Part shown: piece after piece, positions 1-12,966 of the stretch | Layout: the number at the start of each line of letters is the position of its first letter | Position numbering within the stretch: the first letter of the stretch is position 1 | From: Vicugna vicugna | Lineage: Eukaryota | Assembly: GCA_013265495.1 (NCBI GenBank) | Contig: MU058221.1 | Coordinates: 1,116,001-1,180,000 of the forward strand | Reading direction: 5' to 3' | Length of the DNA: 64,000 bases | Notes under the pieces: model-generated | What the model was told of the DNA's origin: nothing | Seen by the model: the letters and a program-made list of their open reading frames with translations, nothing else | Database searches by the model: none | Program-made: the position numbers and the translations under genes

Positions 1-420
1 CCCATCTGCCATTTTTCTGACATAGTTGTGCACAATTAATTTTTTGTTAAGTGTTTGATAACATTCACTGTCAAAATTTGAAGCCAATGTGTTTCCGTAT
101 TGTTTTTTAAAGATTACTGTAATTTATTTTATGCATAGGGCTTGTGAAGTTGTCTGCTTCATCTTGTGTCAATTTTGTGAGTTTTCTTTCTTCTTAAACA
201 TGTGTTCCTTTCCCACGTTGTTGGCTTTCTCAGCATAAAGTTGTTCATATTATTCTCTAAATATCTTCTAATGTCTGTGGATGTGTGGCTACAACCCTCA
301 ATCAACCCCTATTAATAGTTTGCTTTCCCTTCTCTGTTTCTTTTTTCTTGATAAGTCTTGTTACCAATTTTCTTAATTACTCAGATAATTAACATTTCCC
401 TTCTGGTGATTTTCTCAATT
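1..420 (-). mobile_element. Ancient L1 (L1M/L1ME-type) ORF2 fragment
   Basis: T-rich sequence resembling antisense L1 ORF2 (e.g. 'aagtgtttgataacattcactgtcaaa'); highly decayed. Confidence 0.5.
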
Positions 421-623
421 CTTCTCTGCTGGAGCAAGAAAAATCGTCATGTTGAATCGACTGCTACTGTATTTCGAGTCTTCCAGACTCTATTAGGTTC
501 CACTTGCCCCCGCACCTTGGCTGGTAGCTCAGCCAGACTCTCCTTGACTGAGATGCTTTTTCAACAGGCCATACCGTCTGCCCGCTGGAACTGGCACCAT
601 GAATCCGCCCCAGGAAACTACTG

Positions 624-1010
624 CAGGCTTCTCACACTCTCAAAACGCAGAGTGTTCCTATGAAACCTTTTATGAACCAAAATGCTGTAAAGAAAAGAAG
701 CATTTGTGTCAGGGCACATCTTGCCAAGGGATGCACAAAATAAACTGAGATAAAGCACAAATGCTCAGACACAGTTGAAACCCGTAGCAGCGTGATGAGA
801 TGCGGACTGCGGTGCCAGGGTGAGGAGCTTGGCAGGGCCGCTCAGGCTGTTCAGGGCGAGCCCTGCCTCCGCAGCGGCTCACTTTTGGCCTTTCTTCTTA
901 AAAGCAAGAATCCTCCCCAGGTTTATTTCAGTTCAAAGCAGGTCCTAATGAAGTTCTTTCGTAAAAGTGAAGTGACATAAAACAAACCTTCATAACATGG
1001 AAGATACATG
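624..1010. mobile_element. Tigger-type (TcMar) non-autonomous DNA transposon relic
   Basis: Starts 'cagg...agagtgttcctatgaaacc' and ends '...cgtaaaagtgaagtgacataaaacaaacc...gatacatg' followed by TA. Resembles a Tigger-like MITE recalled from laurasiatherian genomes. Confidence 0.55.
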
Positions 1011-1903
1011 TATGACTCTGTGTTCATCTGCGAATGGCAGGGTATTCCATTCGTCTGTGCCTCTTTGTAAACAGTGCTCTTTAGTAAGTCTTTTATTTAG
1101 ATTTTTGGAGTGTTTCTATGAAAGTTAAGATCTTACAAGGCCTTTTATATCATAAACAGAAATACCTCTCTAGAGGTACTTTTGATTTTTCTATGCCATT
1201 TTTATTTTCAAATTTTCTCAGATAAATATAAATTATTTTTAGATCTTAAATACAAATTGTGTTTCTTTAAGAAAAATAGAAACATTATTGACTTCCAGGC
1301 CTTTCCTTTTACCTTTATTTCCTTAAAAAAATTATTGTATACTGTATTGTATACTAATTGTGCAGTTAGAATTAACTGAAGAGGGCAGGATTTCATTTTC
1401 CACTCTAATTTGTTAATTGTGCATTGATCCTGTTTCTGGATGGATCGCCACCCGAGCAGGTAAGTCTAATGATGTAAAATCTAATTTGTAATTTAGCCAA
1501 AACATGGAAGCACATCCCTGAAAGTTTTCTCAGATGCATTTCCTTGCAGAGTTGTTGCTTTATAAAGTATTCTGTAGTATTCCTCTTCGTTTTGTAAAGA
1601 TAAATGTGCGATGAACGGACACAAAATTGTAAGACGTGGGTTTGCATTCCATCTCTGTATTGAATTATCATACGGGACAACAATGTCACGCTAATACCTA
1701 CTATGCTGAAAGAAGCAAATAGAAAAATAAACACAGCAGTTCCTTTAGCGCCAGAAAAACGCTATGTAATTGATCTTACTACTTAATTTTTAGCTCGTTG
1801 CACTTCTAGAGTGGATGCAGCACTGAATACCATGCAGCAGCATCGTCAGCCCACAAGCCTTGCAGTGGACCATATTAGAACATTTGAGTGTATGTTTCTC
1901 TTC

Positions 1904-1945
1904 ATATATATATATATATATATATATAGATAGATATAGATATAT
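1904..1945. repeat. (TA)n/(TAGA)n microsatellite
   Basis: Directly visible. Confidence 0.9.
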
Positions 1946-4839
1946 TGAAGCGTGCAGAAATGTAAATGTATTGACGAATTCTGGAAAAGAGTCAATATTC
2001 TACTAAAAGTAGACTGGAAAACAAACATACCACACTTAGTTTTCAGCTTCTTACCATAAAAATTGATACAATTTTTTTAAAATGTCTTGCTTCTGATTAT
2101 ACGTAACTCATGAGCCGGCATGGAATGCTCGTACGCTCAGCACCCATTTTCTCACTGCCATTTATTGAAGTTTTGAAGCTGGCAAAACTTTAAAGCTTTT
2201 GGATAATGCTCTATTTAGAATACTTCTGATTAATTCAGTATATACTTTTTAAATGTCTCTTTGTACCAGGCCGTTTTGCATGATAATAGTGTATTTATTT
2301 CTTAACATTTCAAATTCTCCAGCGTTTTCATCCTTTCACACCAGAAGTCATAATTATTTCCATAGCAACCACGTTCACTGTCAGAGGTAGACATTTTGAC
2401 TTCTGTCGGCGTATTTTTTCAAGGAGGATAGAACATTAAAACAACAAAAGATGCAATTTTATGAAAATTGTCAAGAACTGAGAGAAAAAGGTATAGGATG
2501 TTTCCTTTAATAATTTTTATTGATAACTTATTATCAGTATAAGCTGTTGTCAAAACTCAACTCTATTATTTCCTTAGTTATCTCAAGTTATAAGTAATAT
2601 CTTGTTTTTCACAGCCATAATTTCTTCTGTACCAAGCCTTCACATATATATAATGAAGAATAAATAGTTTTACATATTCAGTTAAGAAATCTGCTCCAAA
2701 TGTCCAATTTTCTGATCCTGCATTCTTCAATTAAAGGAAAATTTCCATCTAAAAGTGAAATTAATTCAATAAATTTATCTAAAAATAAAGAATTATTTTT
2801 CTCCTCAGCCACTTCCAAAATATTATCAGCACCTTATTTAATGTGGTATTGTCTCTCACGATTTGGAAACTAAAACTTTATTTTATTAAACTGCTTTAGG
2901 ACAAGTAGGTAACAAGTATTTGCCATAATACCTTCCTGAATCCGTGAATGATAAACATTGAAGAAAAACTTATGTTTTCTGCAAATTTTATTGTTTAAAG
3001 TTACTCTTTGGCACCACTGGATGGAGGTGCTAGGTTACTGAAGAAGAGGTCTGTTTTATTTCATTATTCTCGTAGAGTTGTTTACAGGTGGCCAGTAATG
3101 CTGGCTGGATCGTCTTGAAAATAATTACCACCACCACCAGTAGAACACATTTTATAAGGAGAAAAATGAGATATAAAATACAGACCTGTTTTACCCAATG
3201 TCACAAAATGAATTGGCCATAAATCCCAAGCTATCTGTTTCCCATTCTCTTGGCTTACGTTTAGACAGACAGATTAATTTAGCAACATGTTAAACATAGG
3301 TGCTTTATTTGTGCCATCACATAAATTTATTAATGGCATTTTTAACTTTGAATGAAAGAGTTTTCTATAGGTGACACTTATTTATTAAACAGAAGATATA
3401 ACACATTACTATGTGAAGAGTGAATGCTGCACTATTTTCAGGAATAAATGCACAAATTTTTCAGTGACAATTTAGCAAAAAAGGCAAATTATCCGACAAA
3501 AAAAAAAAAAAAAGGAAATACTAGAAACGGGCAAACTGGAGCTAACACTCTTAGGTGTCCAAGCTGGAATATAAGGATTACGTTGTTTGCCACATTGCAA
3601 GGTCCCTGTTAGGAGCCGGGTGCTCAGCGTGAGAATAATGACTCTGCTGAGAGGGTAGATTTGAGCTCTCTCTGTGTTTTCAATGAGGTCCCATACTCAG
3701 GCTAATTATGTTACCCTTTTTAGCTGCCTGGTTCAAAATCTCATCTGGATTTTGCATCTCCATGACCATATTAGAACATTTGCATGTATGTTTCTCTTCT
3801 CATCTGCCCTGCCATATGTGAGCCTCTCCAAGACAGGGACTGTGCCTACCTTTCCTTTAAATCTCAGACCAATACTTGGCAAATGATACACATTTCATAT
3901 GTTTTAAACTATATTGATACGATTTGATGACAAATCAATTAAATAAAAATCGCCACATTCCTCTCATTTCCCAACCACCTCACAAAATTCTCTACCTTTT
4001 ATGCCATTAAAATATGTTTATATGAAAATTGTAAACTTTACAACTAAATATTTTACAGCTTTGGACAGTTTATAAAATAGTATAACACATGTGATGTCAT
4101 TTTATCTTTAGGTGGACATCAGTGAACATGTCAATGATATTTTAAGGAACTATATCATGCATCATATAGTCAATATTTCTATTTTACAGGCAAGGAAACC
4201 AAGCTTTGTAGTGCTCAAACGAATTGCTCAAAACCAAAAGGTAGTACTCAAGTTCAAAGACAAAAACATTTCAACTGCTGTTTCCTCACTCCTGGGACTC
4301 GATTCATTTTCTGCCATGACATTATGATTCTAGAAGGAAGCTAAACCTTGTAAAACATGACATGTGAAGCCATAATTAGCCATGTACACTTCAGGGAATA
4401 AATCTTACAATATTTTCTGTTTACTTTTTTTTTCAAGTTTTTAAAATTTAATTTTAATATTAATTTAATTTTATTTTATTTTAATAGCACTGCAAGCCAT
4501 GAGTAACATAACATAGGAAAGTTAAAGTTTGATAGAGTGGAAGAAAAACTAAAGTTTTAAAATCAGTAAAGTGCAGCCACTAACCTCCCCACATTTTTAA
4601 AATAAATTACATTTTGTATTTTTTGTAATTACAAGATAATTATATTCACTGAAGTTAAACAAACAAGACATTAAAATGTATTTATGATTCTACTAATCAG
4701 CATGGTAGTTAGATATATGTATGTAGTATACAATATATGAATAGTTATGAACTTGTTTGTTGCGTACTAATATCCATTTACTATAATTTTTTTTCCTGTT
4801 AAAAATAAAGATTACTAGAAGTCAGTGGTCCAAAATTTT

Positions 4840-5095
4840 TAAATTCTCAATAAAAAAAATTAACCCAGAATTGTATTTCCAATGAAAATATTCTTCAAAA
4901 ATACTAAGAACTTTTTCAGATTTAAAAAAATTAGGAAAATGTGATACCAGCTGTCTGTATGAAATAAATGCTAAAGGAAGTTTTTCAGAATGGGGAGAGG
5001 CGATGCCAAATGAAAGTCAAATTTCAGGAAAGAACAGAGTACATTGGAAATGTTATTTGTGTGGGCAAATGTAAAAAATGAACTTTCCTCTTAAA
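4840..5095 (+). mobile_element. Old L1 ORF1-end fragment
   Basis: 'aacccagaattgtatttccaatgaaaatattcttcaaaaat' matches the L1 ORF1 C-terminal pattern (PRILYPxKxSFK). Confidence 0.6.
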
Positions 5096-5124
5096 CGATG
5101 GGGCTGCTAAAGGGACACGGCAGA

Positions 5125-5800
5125 CGTCCGGTTCAGATGATGGCACCGATTGTTTCCCTCCGCTCCTCTCTGTCAAGCACAGTCGTAAACTCCAGCTTCA
5201 GTGCAAGAGGCAAACAACGGAGAACTCTGAAAGATGCAGAGAAAAGGGCAGACTGGTAAATAATTGAAAAGGCATACTATGTTCATAGATTGGAAGACAC
5301 AACGTAATAAAGGTATTCGTTCCCTCCAAATTGATCTATAGGTTTAATGCCATTCCTAACAAAATCCCAGTGAGGCTTTTGTATACGTACACAAGCTTAT
5401 TCTAAAAATTATATGGAAGTGCACAGGTCCTAAAATACTTAATCCTGACAAATAATAATAAAGAAGGAGAAATCCTTCTACTGTGTATCAATGCTTACTC
5501 TGCACCACTGTTTTAACCAAGACAGTATGATATCGACAGAGATGCAGACACACAAGCCAATGGAACACAGGAGAGACCCAGAAATAGATGCAAATGTGCC
5601 AAACTGATTTTTAACGAAGATGCAAAAAACCTTAATGAAGGAAGGATAGCCTTTTCCACTAATGGTTCTAGAGCAACTGCACATCTGTAGGCAGAAAAAA
5701 AGTGAAACTTGATGTAAACTTCATGCCTTATACAAAAATGAACTCCAAAGTGTTGAGGACTTAAAGATCAAACAGAAAAATACAAAACTTTGGGGGGAAA
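5125..5800 (+). mobile_element. L1M4/L1MC-MD-type element: 5'UTR piece joined to distal ORF2
   Basis: 5125-5256 resembles an L1M4-type 5' end ('gaactctgaaagatgcagagaaaagggcagactgg'). From ~5260 it is ORF2 ('catactatgttcatagattggaagac', 'ttgatctataggtttaatgccattcc'). Confidence 0.7.
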
Positions 5801-6086
5801 ACAGTATCGTAATATTTTGCCGTGAGGTTTATAGTCTTCATAGATACAATACATATGGGAAGAACAGCAAAGATTCTTGCAAGAAAGAAATCTACCAATT
5901 AAAGATCCACATAATATGCCAACTTTCCCCTGGAGCTCTTCTGTGTACTCACGTCTTCAGTTTTGACATTATCTATCTCATGGCACTTCCCAAATGTTGC
6001 ACTTTTCATAATTAATTGTCTAAATTTTAACCTCTAAAGTATTTCAGTCTTCTTGTTGACAACCCTTTTCACTATAAAAGAACTTC

Positions 6087-6242
6087 ATATATATATGTGC
6101 GTGCATGTGTGTATATACATATGTAGTATATATGTATAAATATATAGTATATTATATATTTGTATATGTAACATATTATACATGTGACATTCCTATATAT
6201 GACATATATATTCATATATATGACATACATGAATATATTCAT
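6087..6242. repeat. AT-rich (TA/TATG) low-complexity repeat
   Basis: Directly visible. Confidence 0.85.
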
Positions 6243-6850
6243 AACTAGTGCTTGTTCTAGGAAATGAGCTATTGTAAAGAAAAATTAAAATAAAGTAATA
6301 AAAGATGCATTGAAGTTCCAGGCTTTTTAAAAATACGTCTCATTAATGCTATCCAGAAAAAAACATGTCATTTTTACATCATTGTATCAATCGATTTCTC
6401 TTTCAAAAATTTAACCCATATTCTCAAATGAAAGATATATTCAAAGTAGACTGAATAATGTGATGAAGTGAGCTTCTGTAACCCTGAACTCCGGAGGCAA
6501 AAGAACTGCTCAGGAATCACCCCTGGACAAAGTCAGGGACTTTTCCATCAATATAGGATGTGGCCTGATTGAGCTTGAGTAAGACTGGGGTTAGAGTGTT
6601 AAGAAAGATGCTTTAGAAGGTATGTAATTATGTCCTGTTGGGGCAAATTATTGTGGGGAAGCAATTCCTTAAGTGTTCCCAAATGTGAATGAGTGTTGTG
6701 TGTGTCTTTTATACTATACTTAATGTATAGCTAGATACTGTTTATTATGTGTGTGTGTGTATACACATACTTTGTGTAATACATAGACATGTTTTACAAT
6801 ATATGCAGAACCTTGTAGAATAGAGAGATATGTTTTAGAATATATACATA

Positions 6851-6873
6851 TGTGTGTGTGTGTGTGTGTGTGT
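6851..6873. repeat. (TG)n microsatellite
   Basis: Directly visible. Confidence 0.9.
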
Positions 6874-7151
6874 TATAAAATGTTGTGTGTACTGTTAGTC
6901 TTGGCTTCAACAAGGCTCTTCTTTGCATTGACAGTAGCACCCATAGATTTGTGCTCCAGGTGCAGAACTGTGTAATCACACCTGAAAAAGTTGCAACTGT
7001 TTCCACTTCCAGTGGCCAGTCTCCAGCTAAATTTCTTTATCCTTAGCTAAATAACATGAGAAGGCAAAATAGTTATAGAATTATTTTGTGGGAACAATCT
7101 TAAATTTCCTAAAGATAGCAATCTTTTTGTTGGTTTTGGAGCTTTAAGGGC

Positions 7152-7266
7152 CCTTCCTTCCTTCCTTCCTCCCTCCCTCCCTCTCTCTTTCTTTCTTTCT
7201 TTCTTTCCTTCTTTCCTTTTTTCTTCCTTTCTTTTCTTTCTTCCTTTCTTTCTTTCTTTTCTTTTT
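7152..7266. repeat. (CCTT)n/(CTTT)n polypyrimidine repeat
   Basis: Directly visible. Confidence 0.9.
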
Positions 7267-7489
7267 AAATTTCATGGCATTTGTGTAGATTCTGGACTCG
7301 ATTTCCAGAAGGAGACATATGAGTACAGATTCCTCTTACTAAGAATGTGCAAGTAACTTAAATACTGGCTTGTATAAGTGAGTATAAGTGAGCTTCATGG
7401 ACCAGGTAATTTCTGGTTTTTTGTCCCTTCATAATTATTAATTCCTTAAACCGCTCATATTATCCCATGGCCTACCTGTATGATATAAT

Positions 7490-8070
7490 TTAAAATAATT
7501 AATGCTAATATTTTGGGGCTGAAGCAATTCATTCCAAGTAATCCTAAGGAATCTATTTTGTTGGGAAACATATTTTTATCCTGCTGGTGGAAATACGAAA
7601 CATTTCTGGAGAACAATGTGACAGTAAAGAGCAAAACATTAAAATGTGCACATCACTGAACAGAAAAGCCATTCTTCTTTAAGGGATACAAAACATATCA
7701 TTACATGTGCTCAGATTTGGCCTCAAGGATGTTTGTTGCACAATTATATATAATAGCCAAATATTTGTAAAGACATAAATAATCAAAAACCCGTGCTTGA
7801 ATATGGTGTCTCTTTGAAGTTGAATGTTGCGCAGTAGTTACAAGAAATATTACAGAAAACTATATTTAGTGACACGGAGAGTATTCATGATCTACATATA
7901 AACGCAAAAGCAATTTGCGACGTACATAACGGATACACATAGACAAACAGGTAAACGCATACACACACACAAGCACAACCCGCAAGCCGTTGGCAGTGCT
8001 TTATCCCCAGGGAGCTTTTGTTTTTGCTTTATTTTCTAAATTATTGCAAAGAACACACATAACTATTGTG
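7490..8070 (+). mobile_element. L1ME-type ORF2 end / 3'UTR fragment
   Basis: 'gctggtggaaatacgaaacatttctggagaacaatgtgaca' and 'aaggatgtttgttgcacaattatatataatagccaaa' are typical of old L1 3' ends. Confidence 0.6.
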
Positions 8071-9339
8071 TAAATCAAATTTCAGTTCTGCTTGAAAGCA
8101 ACACATGTAAGAAATAAGAGCTCTATGGCGAAACATCTCTTGAAATGACTCACACCCTGTTTTTACTTACTGCTTGAAAAGTGTGCAGAGGCTGTCTGCT
8201 CCGTGCCAGGCGCTGTGCGAAGTCGGGAACTCGTGGTCAAGTGAAGAGAGAAGAGACTAAGATCAGAAGCAACAATACAGTGAAGCTAATGTTATCAGAT
8301 GTTTGAACAGAATGCAAGTGAAATCTAGAGAAAAGTTTAACTTACTTTGAATGTTTCTTTTTATCGTAATAATTAGTCTTCAGTTCGATGGTTTTACCGT
8401 GCCTGCACTCCAAGTTCTTAGGAATGTGCTCTCCGTTGCCCTTGCTTCATTTAGTATTTCCTAAATTAACCCTAGACCTTTGTGATGCATTTCTCACCAC
8501 ACAAGTTGCAAAAGTGATACAGATTTCACACACTTTTCTCATCCACCTCCTGGTAATATTCACTTGTTTTTAGCTCTGCTTTCTCAAGTTATTAATTTTA
8601 AAAAATGGTTTATTTGGCAACAAGTTAATGTCCTTTTTCCTGCTGGTCAGGGTACGTGATTTTCATCTTGGAAACTCCCAGGCTGCGCAGGTACGTGTGT
8701 ACTTCCACAATGCAGCAATGGCTCCGATATGTTTATCTGACGTACCCAGCTTTCCCCATATCCATCTTGATTGTGTCATTTCTAAAATAATTTTAAAAAC
8801 CCAGAAATAAAACAATCATAAATGGAATGTCTATCCAAACCTATGGGAACTTAAAATTGTACAATAAATATGTAGACCATGCTTCAGTAATCAAAATTAC
8901 AGGACTATTGAATGGCATTCTTAAATTATTTATAAAGTCACATACGCCTAATGTAAATTGAGCAAAAATTCCTATAAGGGTCAGGAAGAAAACCTTTTGA
9001 GAGAAAGGAATAATTATTGGACATTTTAGACAAGAACATATCAGAATTCTGTTTTGTCAGTTTTTCTTCCCATTTGGTATCAGCGCAGGACATTCTTTGT
9101 TCTGGACATTTTTCTCTTCCAGGAACATGTCCTTAACAACTGGAGCCCTGTTTACGATACAGTCTGAACAGTGCTTCATCTGAGGCCGTCTTCAGCGTTC
9201 CTGTTCTGGAAGAACCATGTTCATAAGTTTGCCCCTCTGGGTCTCACCCAAATGAGAGGAGTACAGTGTATCAATGTGACATCCCTGTTCTGTCCATCAG
9301 AGGTAAGCCAGCCTCTTTCCTGGCTTTTTTCTTAACTTT

Positions 9340-10270
9340 AAAACATTTTGGGGGAGGTAATTGTAGGCGCACAGAAAAATTGCAGAAATTATACAGAGAC
9401 TTTCAGTCTCCCTCTCACATAGCTGCACTTGCTGCTGACATTTGCATCACCGTTGTGCAATTAACACAGCCAGGAAGTTAAACCTTGTACTGCGGACCGC
9501 ACTGAATAGATTCTTCAGATTTTAGCAGTTGTGCCACTAATTTTATTTTTATTTCCACTCCAGGATCTCACTTAAGGTCCCGCGTTGCGTCGGCCTGTTC
9601 ATTCTCCCTCGTTTCCTCCAGTCCTCCTACGTGTCCCCATTATTTCCTTGTTCTCTTGACCGGTTTTTGTTTCTGTTTTTCTCTCCCCAAGAGATCCTCA
9701 GTCTGAACTTGTCTCGTGTTGTCTCGTGAACGGACTGAGGTTATGCTTGCTAAATAAGAGTGCTGCAGAACTCACAGTATTTCCTGCTCAACCCACTAAA
9801 TCTCGGGCCTTGGGACACTGAGATATCTTGTTACTGGGGTGGCTGACCTTGACTGTCTGTGCAAGGTGGTGTCGCCACGTTTCTCTGCCATAACGTTACT
9901 ACCATTCCTGTCATAATTAATAAATATCTTGGGCACGTGCTTTGAGATTGTTACTCTGTTTCTCCTCAGACTTCTACCTACTAATCTGAATGTTTGTCAA
10001 CGGCTGGTGTCTCTGTTATTTATTACACTGATTTTTACCAAATTATAGTTCTCTATTTCACTCTGGTGTTTTTTATAAGAAAGATGAGTCCCTTTTGCGT
10101 GATCTATTTAATGTAATCAAATATTTATTCATATCAGTATAGAATATGTATATACAAGTATGTATAAGTATGTTTATAGATTTATAAAACCTGAACACTC
10201 AGATATTTATTTTATTTTGCAATTTAATATTGTCATTATTTTCTTGCTCATATTGTTTGCATTTGATCCC
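9340..10270 (-). mobile_element. L1MC-type 3'UTR fragment
   Basis: Antisense L1MC-like 3' end ('gaggtaattgtaggcgcacagaaaaattgcagaaattatacagagac'). Confidence 0.6.
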
Positions 10271-10449
10271 TTGGAGAATTTTGAGGCTATTTTGTTTTTT
10301 AAATGAGATTCCGTATCTATGTGTTATGTATCTGTTTACCCACCCATCAGAACCATCCCATTTTACTGATGTGCTGGATTCCAGTTCAGCACCATTATGT
10401 TCATTTCAGCCAGTTCTCTTCCCTCCTGGCAGCTTTTTTCTCTGACGGT

Positions 10450-11092
10450 TATTTGCATCTAAACCTGGACTTTCTATTTTGTTCTTCTGTCTTCGTCTCT
10501 CCCGTTCCTGCACGCTTTTACTTCCAGAGGCTTTATGAGATGTTTTAATGTCCAGTAGGGCTGCACACCCTTTGCAAATTCTTTTTTAGCAATTTCCTGG
10601 CTCTTCTTGCATGCCTGTTTCCTGCGTATGAGCTTTTGTATAAACTCTTCTGGCCGTATAAAACAGTTTGTTGGGATTTGCATTGCAATTGCATTTAATA
10701 TTTAAAATAACGAAGAGAACAGAAATCACCATGACATTGTGTCTTCCTATCCGAGTATGGGGATGCCGTTCATTTTATTCAAATATATTATTCTGTCTTT
10801 CAGCAGTGTTTTAAAATTTCACAAACGTCGGTTTTGCAATTTTCCTGTTACATTCATTCCCAAGTATTTAATATCTTTGCTGGAATAGATGATATCTTAT
10901 TTACCATTAAGTTTTGTTCACTTGTGTATATAAATGCTATTGATTGTTGTGTGTTAATTGTATATCTTCCTACTTCACTGAAAGATTTTATTGTTTGAAA
11001 TAGTTTTCTTGTTAATTTTCTGGAGTTTTCCAGAAATACTATTATATCCTCTATAGTTAGAGGTAGTTTTGCTGCTTCTTTACCCATTCCGA
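10450..11092 (-). mobile_element. Old L1 (L1ME-like) ORF2 RT-region fragment
   Basis: ORF 10854..11087 ([21 protein letters not shown]...SFSEVGRYTINTQQSIAFIYTS) is a decayed homolog of the L1 RT segment 'EVKLSLFADDMIVYLENP...FSKVSGYKINVQKS'. Confidence 0.85.
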
Positions 11093-11094
11093 GA

Positions 11095-12608
11095 TCTGTG
11101 TGTGTGTGTGTTTGTGCGTACTTGGTGTGAGGGAGTGTTCTAACTTCACTGATTTACATGCTGCTGTCCGGTTTTCCCAACACCATTTGCTAAAGAGACT
11201 GTCTTTACTCCATTGTATGTTCTTCCCTCCTTTGTCAAAGATTAATTGACCAAAAGTTCGTGGGTTCATTTCTGGGCTCTCTGTTCTGTTCCACTGATCC
11301 ATAGGTCTGTTTCTGTACCAATACCATGCTGTTTCAATGACTGTAGCTCTGCAGTATTGTCTGAAGTCTGGGAGGGTTATTCCTCCAGCCTCTTTCCTTT
11401 TTTTCAGTAATGTTATGGAAATTCTGGATATTTTGTGATTCCATATAAATTTTAGGATGATTTGTTTTGGTTCTGTGAAAAATGTCCTGGGTAATATGAT
11501 AGGGGTCACATTAAATCTGTAGATTGCTTTGGGCCATGGGGGCATTTTATCAATATTAATGTTTGCAATCCAAGAGCATGGGATATCTTTCTATTTCTTT
11601 AAGTCATCTCTAATTTCCTTAGTGAATGTTTCGTAGTTCTCATATAAGTCTTTCACTTCCTTGGTCAGATGTATTCCTAAGTATTTTATTTTCTTGGATG
11701 CAGTTGTAAAAAGGATTGTTCCTTGGTTTTCCTTTTCTGATATTTCATTGTTAGTGTAAAGAAATGCCGGTCATGTCTGTATGTTACTCTTGTATCCTGC
11801 GACCTTGCCAAATTCTTTCATTAGCTCTAGCGCTTTTGCGTGGAGCCTTTAGGGTTCTCTATATATAGTATCACGTCGTCCACATATAGTGACAGTTTTA
11901 CCTCTTCTCTTTCAATTTGGATCCCTTTTATTTCTATTTGCTGTTTAGTTGCTGTGGCTAGGACCTCCAATACAATATGGAATAGAAGTGGTGAGAGTGG
12001 GCAGCCTTGTCTTGTCCCAGATTTTATTGGGAAGGCTTCCATCTTTTCACTGTTGTGTGCTATGCTGGCTGTAGGTTTGTCATCTATAGCTTTTATTATG
12101 TTGAGATATGTTCCCTCTATACCACTTTGACAAGAGTTTTTATCATAAATGGATGTTGAATTTTATCAAATGCTTTTCTGCATCTTTTGAAATGACCGTG
12201 TGGTTTTTGTCTTTTCTCCTGTTGATGTGATGTAGCACGTTGATCAATTTGCAGATATTGAACCATCCTTGTGTCCCTGGGATGAACCCCGCTTGATCAT
12301 GGTGTATGATCCTTTTCACATGTTGCTGGATTCTGGTGGCTAATGTTTTGTTGAAGATTCTTGCATCTATGTTTGTCAACAATATTGGCTTATAGCTTCC
12401 TTTTTTCATAGTGTCTTTGCCTGCCTTTGGTTTCAGGGTGATGGTGGCTTCATAGAATGAGTTTGGGAGTGTTCCCCTCTCTTCAGTCTTTTGGAAGATT
12501 CTGAGAAGGATTGATACGAGCTCTTCTTTGTATGTTTGATAGAATTCCCCCATGAAGCCATCTGGTCCTGGACTTTTGTTTGCAGGGAGGTTTTTTATTG
12601 CTGATTCT
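11095..12608 (-). mobile_element. Younger L1 ORF2 internal fragment (reverse transcriptase region), disrupted
   Basis: ORFs 12143..12682 ([39 protein letters not shown]), 11827..12042 ([28 protein letters not shown]) and 11057..11545 ([35 protein letters not shown]). Confidence 0.95.
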
Positions 12609-12844
12609 TGAGGTTTTTCCTTTTTATTCTTTTTTTTAAAACTCTTCCTATTTTTAGTTGCATCATTTCTACTTAAGCACAATATATAACATTTGAAATA
12701 TAGTCCTCCACTTTCATCCCTAACTTTGTTTTAGTCTACTATGTCTATGTACTTTAAAAATACTTGTTATCATCTTTTAAAAGTTCAATAATTTTGATGA
12801 AGTATCAAGTCATTATTTGGTTGGATAAAGCTCATACTCTTGTA

Positions 12845-12966
12845 CAGGTTTAAGAGTCTATAAATTCAGACCAAGTTTGGTCCTCTGGCTTTTTGTAAAT
12901 AAAGCTTTATTGCAACATAGGCACAGTCATTCATTTATATATTATCTATAGCATCTTTCACATAAC
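12845..12966 (+). mobile_element. MER58-like hAT-Charlie MITE, 5' half
   Basis: 'ttttgtaaataaagctttattgcaacataggcacagtcattcatttatatattatctatagcatctttc' matches the recalled MER58A consensus; it stops where the MULE relic begins. Confidence 0.75.

Noticed and set aside
11057..12682. Active reverse transcriptase or novel RT system
   Set aside because: Ordinary L1 ORF2 sequence, broken and truncated.
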